Below, piece by piece: positions 39,015 through 47,457 of a stretch of 48,012 nucleotides of DNA (positions are counted from its first letter, which is position 1; each line of letters begins with the position of its first letter). A program made the translations under genes and the position numbers. A model generated the notes under the pieces. That model saw only the letters and a program-made list of their open reading frames with translations. It had not been told where the DNA came from and ran no database searches. Source of the stretch: a virus (taxonomy: Duplodnaviria > Caudoviricetes); the IMG/VR virus record IMGVR_UViG_3300020045_005404, positions 1 through 48,012 of that record; one strand, written 5' to 3'.

Positions 39015-39359
39015 ATGGAGAATAAAGTAATCGTAAGGAACTGTAATTTATGTCAGATATTCCGACACGAAGAAGTTGGAGATAGCGACTACGGGGCAGT
39101 TTACGCAAAAGATGCAAGTTGTTCAAAGTACTACGATACCGACGAAGAAACAGAAGAGGAAATTCCAAATTTCGACAGGAATATCGAACGCAATTGTTGC
39201 GAATTAGATTTCTTTAAAGTATCTGAAATTGATACAGATTTATCAGAAAAACTCTCAGATGAAATGGATAGAACGCAAGGCGGTTTTTCTGAAACGTATA
39301 AATTATTTCAAGACAAGTATATTACTAACCCGCCCGATAACGGCACAATACATAAGTAA
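39015..39359 (+). CDS. Acidic Cys-containing hypothetical protein
   Basis: ATG 39015 preferred. Confidence 0.65.
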   Translation: MENKVIVRNCNLCQIFRHEEVGDSDYGAVYAKDASCSKYYDTDEETEEEIPNFDRNIERNCCELDFFKVSEIDTDLSEKLSDEMDRTQGGFSETYKLFQDKYITNPPDNGTIHK

Positions 39360-39363
39360 GGAG

Positions 39364-39855
39364 ATGGGAATACACGAAACAAAAGGCGCATCAGATGAAT
39401 GGTACACGCCTAAATATATTTTTGATGCTATGAATGTTCAATTTGATTTAGACGTGGCGCATCCTGATATTGAAACTTGCGTTCCGGCAAATCATATTAT
39501 AACAGAAAATAGTTTAGAGTCCGAATGGTTTGGATTTGTATGGATGAATCCGCCATGGTGCAGTACTAAAGACAAACGAAAGTGGATTGATAAGTTTATC
39601 TCGCACGGAAATGTAGTTTGTTTGATGCCTGACAGTACTTCGTCCGATTGGTGGCAACATTTAGCGAATAATAGCGACGGAGTTTTGTTTACAAAGTCAC
39701 GTGTTAAGTTCATTAAACCTGACGGAACTACAGGCGACAATCCTGCAAACGGAACAAGCCTTTTTGCTATCGGTTCGCAAGGTATTGAAGCAATAAGGCG
39801 AGCAGAAAAAAACGGACTTGGTAAAATGTATTTAACCACCCAAACGGCAAAATAA
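39364..39855 (+). CDS. Phage Dam-like DNA N6-adenine methyltransferase
   Basis: DEWYTP, FDLDVA, WFGFVWMNPPW, RVKF; ATG 39364 preferred. Confidence 0.85.
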   Translation: MGIHETKGASDEWYTPKYIFDAMNVQFDLDVAHPDIETCVPANHIITENSLESEWFGFVWMNPPWCSTKDKRKWIDKFISHGNVVCLMPDSTSSDWWQHLANNSDGVLFTKSRVKFIKPDGTTGDNPANGTSLFAIGSQGIEAIRRAEKNGLGKMYLTTQTAK

Positions 39856-39891
39856 ATAACCCGCCAAAAGCGACAAAATTATAGACTAACA

Positions 39892-39976
39892 GGGGCGTGT
39901 TACCGTGAGAAGCCTAAGAAGAACAGCATCTTGCGGGAATGAAGGAAACGCGGTTCGAGTCCGCCACGCTCCACTA
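39892..39976 (+). ncRNA. tRNA-like RNA (Ala-type acceptor stem and T-arm, no canonical D or anticodon arm)
   Basis: GGGGCGT/ACGCTCC-A with G3:U70; GCGG-TTCGAGT-CCGC; ends ACTA. Confidence 0.55.
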
Positions 39977-40022
39977 ACACCGCCCTCAAATCAGATAATA
40001 TTTAACGGTAAATTAGAGAGAA

Positions 40023-40412
40023 ATGGAAAAAATAGACGTGATTAAAAAGGCTTATGGCGAGCATTGGGATATATGCAAGGGGTTTTTAGACCCTGATGGA
40101 TGGTGCGATAAAAGTCGGCTATTCAAATATTCAAACTTGAAATATTCGGATATCGAAGCCAATATGCAGCACAAAATATCAAGCGAGGAAATGCGCCCAA
40201 AATCCCTACAAGGTATAGAAAACAACAATGGTTGGGTTCGTATTGAATCGGAAAGCGATTTGCCGAAAGAAGATTGCAGAGTAGATTTACTTAGTCATAC
40301 AGGAAGCGAGTATTACAATCATACTTATTCAACGAGTGATAATCCCGCACATTATTTGAAATTTTACTCTCATTATTCAACTGTTCAGAAACGCCCTTTA
40401 CCACACTTTTAA
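40023..40412 (+). CDS. Hypothetical protein
   Basis: RPKSLQGIENNNGWVRIESESDLP motif. Confidence 0.75.
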   Translation: MEKIDVIKKAYGEHWDICKGFLDPDGWCDKSRLFKYSNLKYSDIEANMQHKISSEEMRPKSLQGIENNNGWVRIESESDLPKEDCRVDLLSHTGSEYYNHTYSTSDNPAHYLKFYSHYSTVQKRPLPHF

Positions 40413-40423
40413 CCCCCTATAAA

Positions 40424-40714
40424 ATGCAAACACAAAACACAAAAAAGGCGGAGCAGTACTATGATGAAAACATAGATGCTACCAACATACCAAGAGAGCA
40501 TTATGAGTATGAAATAATTCAGCTAATGAAGGATTTCGGGTATGACTACGCCACCCACCAAACCGAAAACATATTGACTGCGATTGAAGGGGTGAGAAAC
40601 AAAATTACCAACATTCCGTATTTGGCACCTGAAAATAAATCGGGGTACGAAGAGGCTGTAAACGACTTTTCGGTTATACTCGACGAACTAATTACAAAAC
40701 TAAAAACGAAGTGA
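40424..40714 (+). CDS. Hypothetical protein
   Basis: ORF in early cluster. Confidence 0.7.
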   Translation: MQTQNTKKAEQYYDENIDATNIPREHYEYEIIQLMKDFGYDYATHQTENILTAIEGVRNKITNIPYLAPENKSGYEEAVNDFSVILDELITKLKTK

Positions 40715-41205
40715 TGGAGAAATTAATCAGCAACACAGAATTTGGCGAATATTGCAAAAGCCAAGTTATACACGACGGAATGGATTATGAAGATTATTTC
40801 CATTTACGGAATAATTTCGATGCCTTCCTAAAAACCCCTCTTTCAATCGGACAATTCGTGCTGTGTGATTTGGATGGGAATGTATTGGAAGAACCCGATT
40901 TTATGAGTGGTGATTACGATGATAATGGTCACGGAGACGTGGACAAACATCAATATAAAAAAGACTTAAAAGAATGGAACGAGGCTCGTGAGCGTGTATT
41001 GTTCGAGGGGTTTGAAGTGAAGACAAAAACCGCTTGGAATAACGGATATCAATTCATTGTCGATAAAAACGAACTTTTCTATCCTTATTGGTTTGACGGC
41101 ATTACTCAAACTTGGAACTTATCTAAAGGACTTTTAAGCATCGAATACCTCGTTCCCTACTCCCTCACCCTCACACCCAACGCAAAGGCTATAATTGAAA
41201 AGTAA
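40711..41205 (+). CDS. Hypothetical protein
   Basis: FLKTPLSIGQFVLCD..GNVLEEP...ARERVLFEGF motif. Confidence 0.75.
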   Translation: MMEKLISNTEFGEYCKSQVIHDGMDYEDYFHLRNNFDAFLKTPLSIGQFVLCDLDGNVLEEPDFMSGDYDDNGHGDVDKHQYKKDLKEWNEARERVLFEGFEVKTKTAWNNGYQFIVDKNELFYPYWFDGITQTWNLSKGLLSIEYLVPYSLTLTPNAKAIIEK

Positions 41206-41279
41206 CCAAAATAGCGAGAATTTACAAAAATCTCGCATTATTAACAACATCCGCAATCAGCGGGAAACAAATTTAGATT

Positions 41280-41408
41280 ATGAAAAAATACATACTCAGA
41301 AACTTAGAGCCGTTACTAATCGGATCGGCTGTAACATTCTTGGTGACAAATATTTTTAACTTGATTTCCGACGTAATTGTTAAAATCGCAATACTTCATT
41401 CAAAATGA
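41280..41408 (+). CDS. Small membrane protein (42 aa, not in ORF track)
   Basis: MKKYILRNLEPLLIGSAVTFLVTNIFNL...; ATGA overlap with next gene. Confidence 0.5.
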   Translation: MKKYILRNLEPLLIGSAVTFLVTNIFNLISDVIVKIAILHSK

Positions 41409-42022
41409 AACCAAAAAATACACATTCAGAAAACCGTGTGGTTGAAGAAACCCCAATCGTGAGCAATTGTTGCGGAACTTCCGATATGATACCACCGACA
41501 AGCGAAGAAGAAATTGAAAGTGCTGGCAGTAATTGGAGAGCTTTTGCCTGCTACATTTGCAGAAAATGCGGTAAAGCCTGCGAGGCTGTTCCTACATTAA
41601 TCTCAGACGGCGTTAAACCGATTGAGGGAACACCCGCCATTGAAACGGATATTGTGGAAGGAGCGAACGATGGCTACAGATATTGCGCATGCGGTTGTAA
41701 ATTGGCTTTTATGACAGGTAGCGTTTATTTAACTCCCGATTCCGAACCTTACAAATCAGGCGAAGAAATTGATTTAGATATTGAAGCAGAGCCTTATTGT
41801 TTCGCCTATTATTGCGAAGATTGCGACACAGTAACAGATATCGGATTAGAACGTTCTGACTTGCCTATTGAATCCCAACTAAAAGCGCAGAATGAGGAAT
41901 TGAGGAAGGCGTTGGAGATAATAAAAGCATCCGTAAGCGGTTATACGTCTTTGTCGGCGTCTAAAATATCCGACATTGAATCAATCGCCTCGGAAGCACT
42001 TAATAAACACTTAAAACAGTAA
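41405..42022 (+). CDS. Hypothetical protein with two Zn-ribbon-like regions
   Basis: SNCC...CRKCGKAC; CACGC...CEDC. Confidence 0.7.
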   Translation: MKPKNTHSENRVVEETPIVSNCCGTSDMIPPTSEEEIESAGSNWRAFACYICRKCGKACEAVPTLISDGVKPIEGTPAIETDIVEGANDGYRYCACGCKLAFMTGSVYLTPDSEPYKSGEEIDLDIEAEPYCFAYYCEDCDTVTDIGLERSDLPIESQLKAQNEELRKALEIIKASVSGYTSLSASKISDIESIASEALNKHLKQ

Positions 42023-42026
42023 TCAT

Positions 42027-42389
42027 ATGCGCCCAACGAATGCAAAAAGAAAATATACGATAGCCTTGTCTATTTATGGCGATTCAAGACCCAACAAGCG
42101 AGATTGCTACACCAGACATCCATTCTTTGAAAATCGTTTTGATTACGATGTTTATGACGGTAGGATAGTATTCAAGAATACTGACATTAAAGGCCGTAAA
42201 TTCTCAATAGATAAAGCAGGTGCGTACAAAGGCGACATTTCCGTTAAAGACTTTCCTGCGGGAGAATACACATTACACTACGATTCGACCAATAATCAGT
42301 ACTTCATCGAATCATTAAAAAAGCCACTTGTAAAAAGTTGGAACGGAAATCTGTTTTCTGCACAGGGCGTTACCGCCACTTCGGATTGA
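42027..42389 (+). CDS. Hypothetical protein
   Basis: 120-aa ORF. Confidence 0.65.
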   Translation: MRPTNAKRKYTIALSIYGDSRPNKRDCYTRHPFFENRFDYDVYDGRIVFKNTDIKGRKFSIDKAGAYKGDISVKDFPAGEYTLHYDSTNNQYFIESLKKPLVKSWNGNLFSAQGVTATSD

Positions 42390-42458
42390 ATTGGGTGTAG
42401 GGAAATAAAAAAGTGAAAACTTTAACACATAAAAGTATATACGTATATATTTATTAGT

Positions 42459-42481
42459 TATATTTGTACTCAGATAACAAC
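42459..42481 (+). promoter_or_regulatory. Putative early promoter, copy 2
   Basis: Identical to 38730-38752; palindrome TATATACGTATATA just upstream. Confidence 0.75.
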
Positions 42482-42497
42482 TAAAAAAATAGAAATT

Positions 42498-42701
42498 ATG
42501 TACCCATTCTCAACACAACTGTTCGAATTACAAATAGGTCAACTTTTCAAGCTAAACAAAAATAGTCGTGTATATGTTTGTACTGGCACTGACAACGGAA
42601 TCTCTTATAGAGTTGCTGAAAACTTAAAAGCTAAGTCATCTAAGGTAAGAAGCTATCATACAAAATACCATAAAAAAGTAACAGTGGTTCAATTTTATTA
42701 A
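42498..42701 (+). CDS. Hypothetical protein
   Basis: First ORF after the promoter. Confidence 0.65.
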   Translation: MYPFSTQLFELQIGQLFKLNKNSRVYVCTGTDNGISYRVAENLKAKSSKVRSYHTKYHKKVTVVQFY

Positions 42702-42702
42702 T

Positions 42703-42825
42703 ATGGAAAATTATACAATATTTTGTTTAGGATTTATGACCGGGATAATTATAGCCTTTATCATAGCCTACAAAGTTCAAAAAAAAATAATAAATCAGGG
42801 TCACACCTGCAACACAATACTATAA
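42703..42825 (+). CDS. Small membrane protein (40 aa, not in ORF track)
   Basis: MENYTIFCLGFMTGIIIAFIIAYKVQKK...; TAATG coupling to next gene. Confidence 0.55.
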   Translation: MENYTIFCLGFMTGIIIAFIIAYKVQKKIINQGHTCNTIL

Positions 42826-42956
42826 TGGGCAGAAAAAAAACCAACCGAAAAACAATGTCTATTCGGGTTCACGAAGAAAACGAAGCCGAATTAAAAGAGA
42901 TTGTAAAAAAAGCCGACAAAGAACTGATTGTTAAAAAGCAAAATAAATCATCATGA
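42825..42956 (+). CDS. Small ribbon-helix-helix-like protein
   Basis: MGRKKTNRKTMSIRVHEENEAELKEIV. Confidence 0.55.
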   Translation: MGRKKTNRKTMSIRVHEENEAELKEIVKKADKELIVKKQNKSS

Positions 42957-43177
42957 CTGACCCAACCCTTACGCCCGACACCACAACCAACGCCACCTGC
43001 GCACACTCCGCAATGGAGAACTATATTTCAGACCCGAACGAGGAAAACGAAGCCGAATTAAGGCACTTTGTCGGGCAGATGTATGAACGGATTGCTTATG
43101 TACGAATGGTATGCAAGGGTACGAAAGACACGAACGGAATTTCACTGATTGTTTATAAAAAATTGAGTGGATTATGA
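42953..43177 (+). CDS. Hypothetical protein
   Basis: Coupled to neighbours. Confidence 0.6.
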   Translation: MTDPTLTPDTTTNATCAHSAMENYISDPNEENEAELRHFVGQMYERIAYVRMVCKGTKDTNGISLIVYKKLSGL

Positions 43178-43443
43178 AAAACGAACCGACCGCATTAGAA
43201 ATATATCAAAAGGAACGGATTATTGCTCTTACAAACGAGGTAAACAGATTGAATGACGAATTGCTTGCCGTACAGGAAACTTTGCGTAAAACGGCTTTAA
43301 AGATAACCGTTAGCAATCCTGACTTTTTGTTGCCGATTCACGATGTGGATTTTGAGATTGTTAAACCAGAATGCGACCACATAATGAAGCCTTGTATGGC
43401 TGGCGGATACAAATGCATTAATTGTGGTGAATTTAGTTACTAA
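43174..43443 (+). CDS. Hypothetical coiled-coil plus Zn-ribbon protein
   Basis: CDH...CINCG. Confidence 0.65.
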   Translation: MKNEPTALEIYQKERIIALTNEVNRLNDELLAVQETLRKTALKITVSNPDFLLPIHDVDFEIVKPECDHIMKPCMAGGYKCINCGEFSY

Positions 43444-43473
43444 CCGAGCCGATTGGCTTTTAAAATAGACAAA

Positions 43474-44021
43474 ATGAAGACATTTAACAACGACGAAAGT
43501 TTAAAAAATGAATTATTAAAAGACCTTTTACGCCATCAAGAACTTGATGCTTTTGTACAGGGTAAATGGTTAACAGGTGAAAAAGTGGAAGGGAACGGAT
43601 TTAAAGGCTGTTTCTACGGATGCACAATGCAAACAGAATCAAACGCAATCGGTAAATTTTCTGAAAAATACAGCGTAGACTTATGGTATTGTCATTTGAC
43701 TGAAAAATTATTCGAGGGGCTTCCTAAAGAAGAAGCTTTAGAATTTCCTTATAAATCTATTGAAATAATTCCATTAGGATATGATTTCAATAGACTTAAA
43801 TCCGCATGGTTCAAAGAGAATCTTTTGAAGCAAAAGCAGTGGGTGAAAGATGCATCTGTCTTAAAAGTGCTGGATGAATGCGCTTCGTTATTCAATGTTC
43901 CATTTAATGAAATTTCTGAGTCAGCAGCGAGGTCAGCAGCGGAGTCAGCGAGGTCAGCAGCGTGGTCAGCGAGGTCAGCAGCGGAGTCAGCGTGGTCAGC
44001 GGAGTCAGCAGCGGAGTCAGC
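43474..44021 (+). CDS. N-terminal part of the SAA-repeat protein (continues at window start)
   Basis: MKTFNNDESLK...KGCFYGCT...LFEGLP then SAARSAAE repeats; the tail after 44021 is foreign. Confidence 0.8.
43921..44021 (+). repeat. Second copy of the SA(A)X repeat (terminal overlap with 1-99)
   Basis: 43923-44021 equals 1-99 except at one base. Confidence 0.92.
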
Positions 44022-44146
44022 CGGGACATCAGCGCGGTCAGCGGGGCTGTACCGTTCGGGCTGCGCCAGAGAATCATTTCACGAAAATTCTTGGGACGTT
44101 CATCAGTGCCCCAATCGCCTGTACCACGTAAGCCTGCAATAGCCAT
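44016..44146 (-). CDS. Truncated N-terminus of a major capsid protein from a second phage
   Basis: MAIAGLRGTGDWGTDERPKNFREMILWRSPNGTAPLTALMSR after a scaffold-like gene; cut off at the repeat. Confidence 0.65.
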
Positions 44147-44170
44147 TTCAATTCTCCAAAATTACGAAGC

Positions 44171-45073
44171 CTAATATAGGTCTTCGTTTTCCAATTCTGC
44201 GGCCAGTGCTGTAAATGGATTATCAGTCGTTACGACTGCGCCGCCATGACCACCTTGCGATGGAATGAAAGGCTTTGTCGTGGATGCTTGAGCAGTCGAA
44301 GCCGCTTGCTGCTGCGTACTCTCGCCAGGCATTTGACGAATCGGTAATCCTCTTACCATTCTGACCATGTTCCCTACTTGAAAAGCTGCTAGCTTAGCAT
44401 CGGCTTCAGGATTCATTTGGCGAAATGTAGCTCCGGCCATTTTAATATCGTTAAGATATTTTGGGTCGGTCAAATCATCATTAGCAGCAAAGAACGTCTG
44501 CTTTTGAGTTTGCTCGGCGTTAGTGTTTCGACTAATTTGCTCGATTAACGTAGGAAGAATCTGAGGCAGGTGCGAAAGCACATTCGCAATAACTCGCGTT
44601 TGCACAAGCGCCGCCATGCGAGGAAGAACCTTTTCGGGCTCAGTCGCCAGCAACTCAACATCTTCCGGAGACAATTCGTATTCCGGCGTCAGTTGCTCAA
44701 TTGATTTTGTTTCCCAGTCATTCCAGTCAAACGGTTCGGCTTTTGCCGCAGGAGTTTCCGGTGCCGCTGGCGTCTCGGGCGTCGTAACCGTAGTCGTTTC
44801 AGTAACTGTCGTGCTTACATTCGTTTGTGCTTCCGGAGCTGTCACTGCGGGCTGAGCAGGCGTTTCCGTAATCTTTGTTTCCTCGTTTGTTTCAGCTGAC
44901 TTCTCTGGCGTATCCACCGAGAATTCACCCTCAATAAAGTCATCGGAACTAGACGAATCAAGTTCGTCCCACTGAGCTTGTGAGTTGGATTCGGACTCAC
45001 TCGCGGGAGCAGCAGAAGAACTGGTATCGACGTCACCGTCATCTTCGGCTAAAAATCTATGCTTTATTCTCAT
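44171..45073 (-). CDS. Scaffolding-like protein (second phage)
   Basis: Acidic, T/P/A-rich disordered N-terminus; sits before the capsid gene. Confidence 0.65.
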   Translation of the reverse strand: MRIKHRFLAEDDGDVDTSSSAAPASESESNSQAQWDELDSSSSDDFIEGEFSVDTPEKSAETNEETKITETPAQPAVTAPEAQTNVSTTVTETTTVTTPETPAAPETPAAKAEPFDWNDWETKSIEQLTPEYELSPEDVELLATEPEKVLPRMAALVQTRVIANVLSHLPQILPTLIEQISRNTNAEQTQKQTFFAANDDLTDPKYLNDIKMAGATFRQMNPEADAKLAAFQVGNMVRMVRGLPIRQMPGESTQQQAASTAQASTTKPFIPSQGGHGGAVVTTDNPFTALAAELENEDLY

Positions 45074-45362
45074 CTTGGCTTTCCTTCTTTCGCTCGTTAA
45101 TTTCGTAAGTCAAATTTTCAATTGTTGTCGCCACAAGATTAGCTATCGACAACCGCCCTTCAATTTGGCCCTTCATGTATTCTTGCCGATACACGCCGTC
45201 AGATGTTTCCAACGGCTGCATCACCAATGTAGTTTGCATCGTGTCGACTTGCCCTTGCAAGAGCTCCATTAAAGATTTCGTGCAAGGGTCTTCTATCCAC
45301 TTTTCCCACAGCCGCTTTTGGCCATGCAAGCCTTCTGCGGCGCTTTCAACATCATCACTCAT
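45057..45362 (-). CDS. Hypothetical protein between portal and scaffold (second phage)
   Basis: EYMKGQIEG motif; position. Confidence 0.65.
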   Translation of the reverse strand: MSDDVESAAEGLHGQKRLWEKWIEDPCTKSLMELLQGQVDTMQTTLVMQPLETSDGVYRQEYMKGQIEGRLSIANLVATTIENLTYEINERKKESQDENKA

Positions 45363-46090
45363 CCAGTTGCTCCCATCCCAGGTACTTGACCTGGCTCGTT
45401 AAGGTTCGGTTGCGCAGCGCTAACTGGCACCATGTTTCCCGCCTGGACTTGATTTTGAAGCTGTCCATCGTTCATCACTTGCACGCGGAAGGAATCAATA
45501 TTCTTAAGTCCCGCGAGCTGTGCCACAAAACTAAATATCTTGGGCACGTCATAGGTCTGCGCAACGCCAGGCATAGTTGGAATACCTTGCAGGATTTGCT
45601 GCCACAGATTTACTTGAGCAAAGCGATCAACTGGCAGCGTCCCATCGACTGGTGTAAAGTCAAAGAATCCAGCAATGTCTTCGCCGCCGGCTTCAAGATA
45701 ACGTCCGGCAAACTGTGCAGCATTTCCGACAATACGATACTTGCGCTTCGCGTCGTACATTTGCTGAGACAATTGTGTAAGCTTTTGTGCCCAAGGACTG
45801 AAGCCCATCGCGCTAAAGTATTCGCAATTCGTTTTCAGGCGGTTGATACCAAACGTCGTCGAGCTTCGAACTTCAGTCGCAGTCTTCCGGTCGCCACCTA
45901 TCATACCCATGACAGTGTCATTCACGCCGCTGACACGCTGAAGTAATTCTGCTACCATTTGAGAGTCGTTCACGTGGCTGCGGGTAATGTCGCCAACGGC
46001 CAGTTGATTAACTGCTAGTCGCGCATCTGTGCCATAAGCAATTGGTTTTAAGCGAATCAACTTGCCAGGCTCTGGATTCTCCAAGTCCTT
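45359..46090 (-). CDS. C-terminal fragment of a podovirus-type portal protein (second phage)
   Basis: PGKLIRLK, QRVSGVNDTVMG...RKTATEV motif; N-terminus missing. Confidence 0.75.
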   Translation of the reverse strand, partial: KDLENPEPGKLIRLKPIAYGTDARLAVNQLAVGDITRSHVNDSQMVAELLQRVSGVNDTVMGMIGGDRKTATEVRSSTTFGINRLKTNCEYFSAMGFSPWAQKLTQLSQQMYDAKRKYRIVGNAAQFAGRYLEAGGEDIAGFFDFTPVDGTLPVDRFAQVNLWQQILQGIPTMPGVAQTYDVPKIFSFVAQLAGLKNIDSFRVQVMNDGQLQNQVQAGNMVPVSAAQPNLNEPGQVPGMGATG

Positions 46091-46172
46091 TTATTCCCAT
46101 TAATTTATGTATTTCACTTGCTGTAAACTTACCTATTCTTGCGTTGTGCCAATCTTCTGAGCGTTGTTCCAT
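46077..46172 (-). CDS. Truncated N-terminus of a YqaJ-like exonuclease (third phage; not in ORF track)
   Basis: MEQRSEDWHNARIGKFTASEIHKLMGIKGLGE then a break. Confidence 0.75.
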
Positions 46173-46639
46173 AATGTTTCGATTTCTGGTGTTACTGTAT
46201 ATTTTGATTTAATTTGTTCAATTGTTGCATTTGCCATAATAGCTGATTTAAAATTTGACTCGGCAAATAAAGGCTTAGGCTTAGCAATTGCAGGCTGTAA
46301 AGGTTTTATTCTCATCCCCCCAACTATTTGACCTTTCATTTTTACGTTAGGGTCAACATAAAGTTCAATAGGTATATCATTCCAATGGTCTGTATCAACT
46401 GATTTTGTTTTAGAAAATCCACGAATAATATGGGCATTTCCTGCATTTAAAACCATTGGCTTAATATTTTCATAGAAGTATGCAATATTATGATTCCCTT
46501 TATTTCCTGCAACTACAACACCTATTTCTTGTTTAACATGTTTAATTGTAAAAATAAGCGGTTTGCCTTGTTCAATTAATTCTTCTAAATCGACAACTCC
46601 TAAATGGTCTGATTTATAAACTTTTCTATAATTTGCCAT
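46133..46639 (-). CDS. Recombination-module protein (third phage), counterpart of 876-1415
   Basis: YRKVYKSDHLG...KPMVLN..N...W....IELY; precedes YqaJ. Confidence 0.6.
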   Translation of the reverse strand: MANYRKVYKSDHLGVVDLEELIEQGKPLIFTIKHVKQEIGVVVAGNKGNHNIAYFYENIKPMVLNAGNAHIIRGFSKTKSVDTDHWNDIPIELYVDPNVKMKGQIVGGMRIKPLQPAIAKPKPLFAESNFKSAIMANATIEQIKSKYTVTPEIETLWNNAQKIGTTQE

Positions 46640-46642
46640 AAC

Positions 46643-46840
46643 TTAAATTTTATATAATTTTTTTAATTGAATAGTTAAGTATGCAGGGTGTTCTTGATAT
46701 TCCTTAATTAACTCACTTGTTTTTTTTATTTTCTTTAAAAGTTCTTGATTCCATTCTTGTTGTTCTTCAAGTTCAGTCTGTGGCTCGCATTCTATTTCGT
46801 TGATAGGATTAAGCGGATTATATTCGTTGTATGTATCCAT
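46643..46840 (-). CDS. Hypothetical protein
   Basis: 65-aa ORF. Confidence 0.6.
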   Translation of the reverse strand: MDTYNEYNPLNPINEIECEPQTELEEQQEWNQELLKKIKKTSELIKEYQEHPAYLTIQLKKLYKI

Positions 46841-46842
46841 GA

Positions 46843-47385
46843 TTAAAAATTTTCTAATACTTTGTTAATTAATTCAATGTGTTTTTCTTTTGTATCTAAT
46901 AAAACTCCGTTTAAATCTTTATACATAAAAGTTTTTTGGTCGTACTTTATGAATCTATGTATTTTAGAATGGTCTTTTATGCTTAGTTCTATAACATCTT
47001 TAGCAAATTCTAAATTATAATTCCAATGATGTAATTGGTTAGTTTTAATTAGCGGTCTTAAGTTGCTAGACAAACTTTTAGCTTTTACTTTTTCTGGATA
47101 TTTCTTTATATATCTATCCATTATTATTTTTTTGGCTTCTGGAGTCGGCTTGTGTTTTTCTTTGTAATTTAAACGATAGTACTTTTCACGCTGTCTAAAC
47201 CTTTCTTTTTCTAAACCTTCAGGTGTAGATGTTAATTTACTTGTAGCTTGTTTAGTATCTAGTCTAGTACACACCTTACACTTCCCTAAATATCCACCCT
47301 TCATTTGCGGGTGTTTATAAAAATGTATAAATTCTTTTTGCTCTTTACATTTAAAGCAAATCTTTGTAAACTGTAAATCCATCAT
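46843..47385 (-). CDS. HNH-like endonuclease with N-terminal Zn ribbon
   Basis: KICFKCK...CKVC; LHHWNY...H...H; TATCTTTG promoter upstream on the minus strand. Confidence 0.65.
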   Translation of the reverse strand: MMDLQFTKICFKCKEQKEFIHFYKHPQMKGGYLGKCKVCTRLDTKQATSKLTSTPEGLEKERFRQREKYYRLNYKEKHKPTPEAKKIIMDRYIKKYPEKVKAKSLSSNLRPLIKTNQLHHWNYNLEFAKDVIELSIKDHSKIHRFIKYDQKTFMYKDLNGVLLDTKEKHIELINKVLENF

Positions 47386-47457
47386 AATAAATAGTTTTAA
47401 TTAATATTTACAAAGATATAATTTTAAAACGGTAAAATCTAATTTATTTTCTACATT

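Larger units (their letters stand above)
1..43922 (+). mobile_element. Apparently complete tailed dsDNA phage genome (siphovirus-like, Bacteroidota host inferred)
   Basis: Full module order terS-terL-portal-scaffold-capsid-tail-tape measure-fibres-lysis plus replication genes; 1-99 recurs at 43923-44021, closing the circle; TAnnTTTG promoters. Confidence 0.88.

Noticed and set aside
38777-43443. Lysogeny module (integrase, repressor, attP)
   Set aside because: No tyrosine/serine recombinase or CI-like ORF was recognisable; the tRNA-like element cannot be called attP without an integrase
44022-44142. C-terminus of the 229-aa ORF 43453-44142
   Set aside because: Read-through into the antisense strand of a foreign capsid gene after the junction
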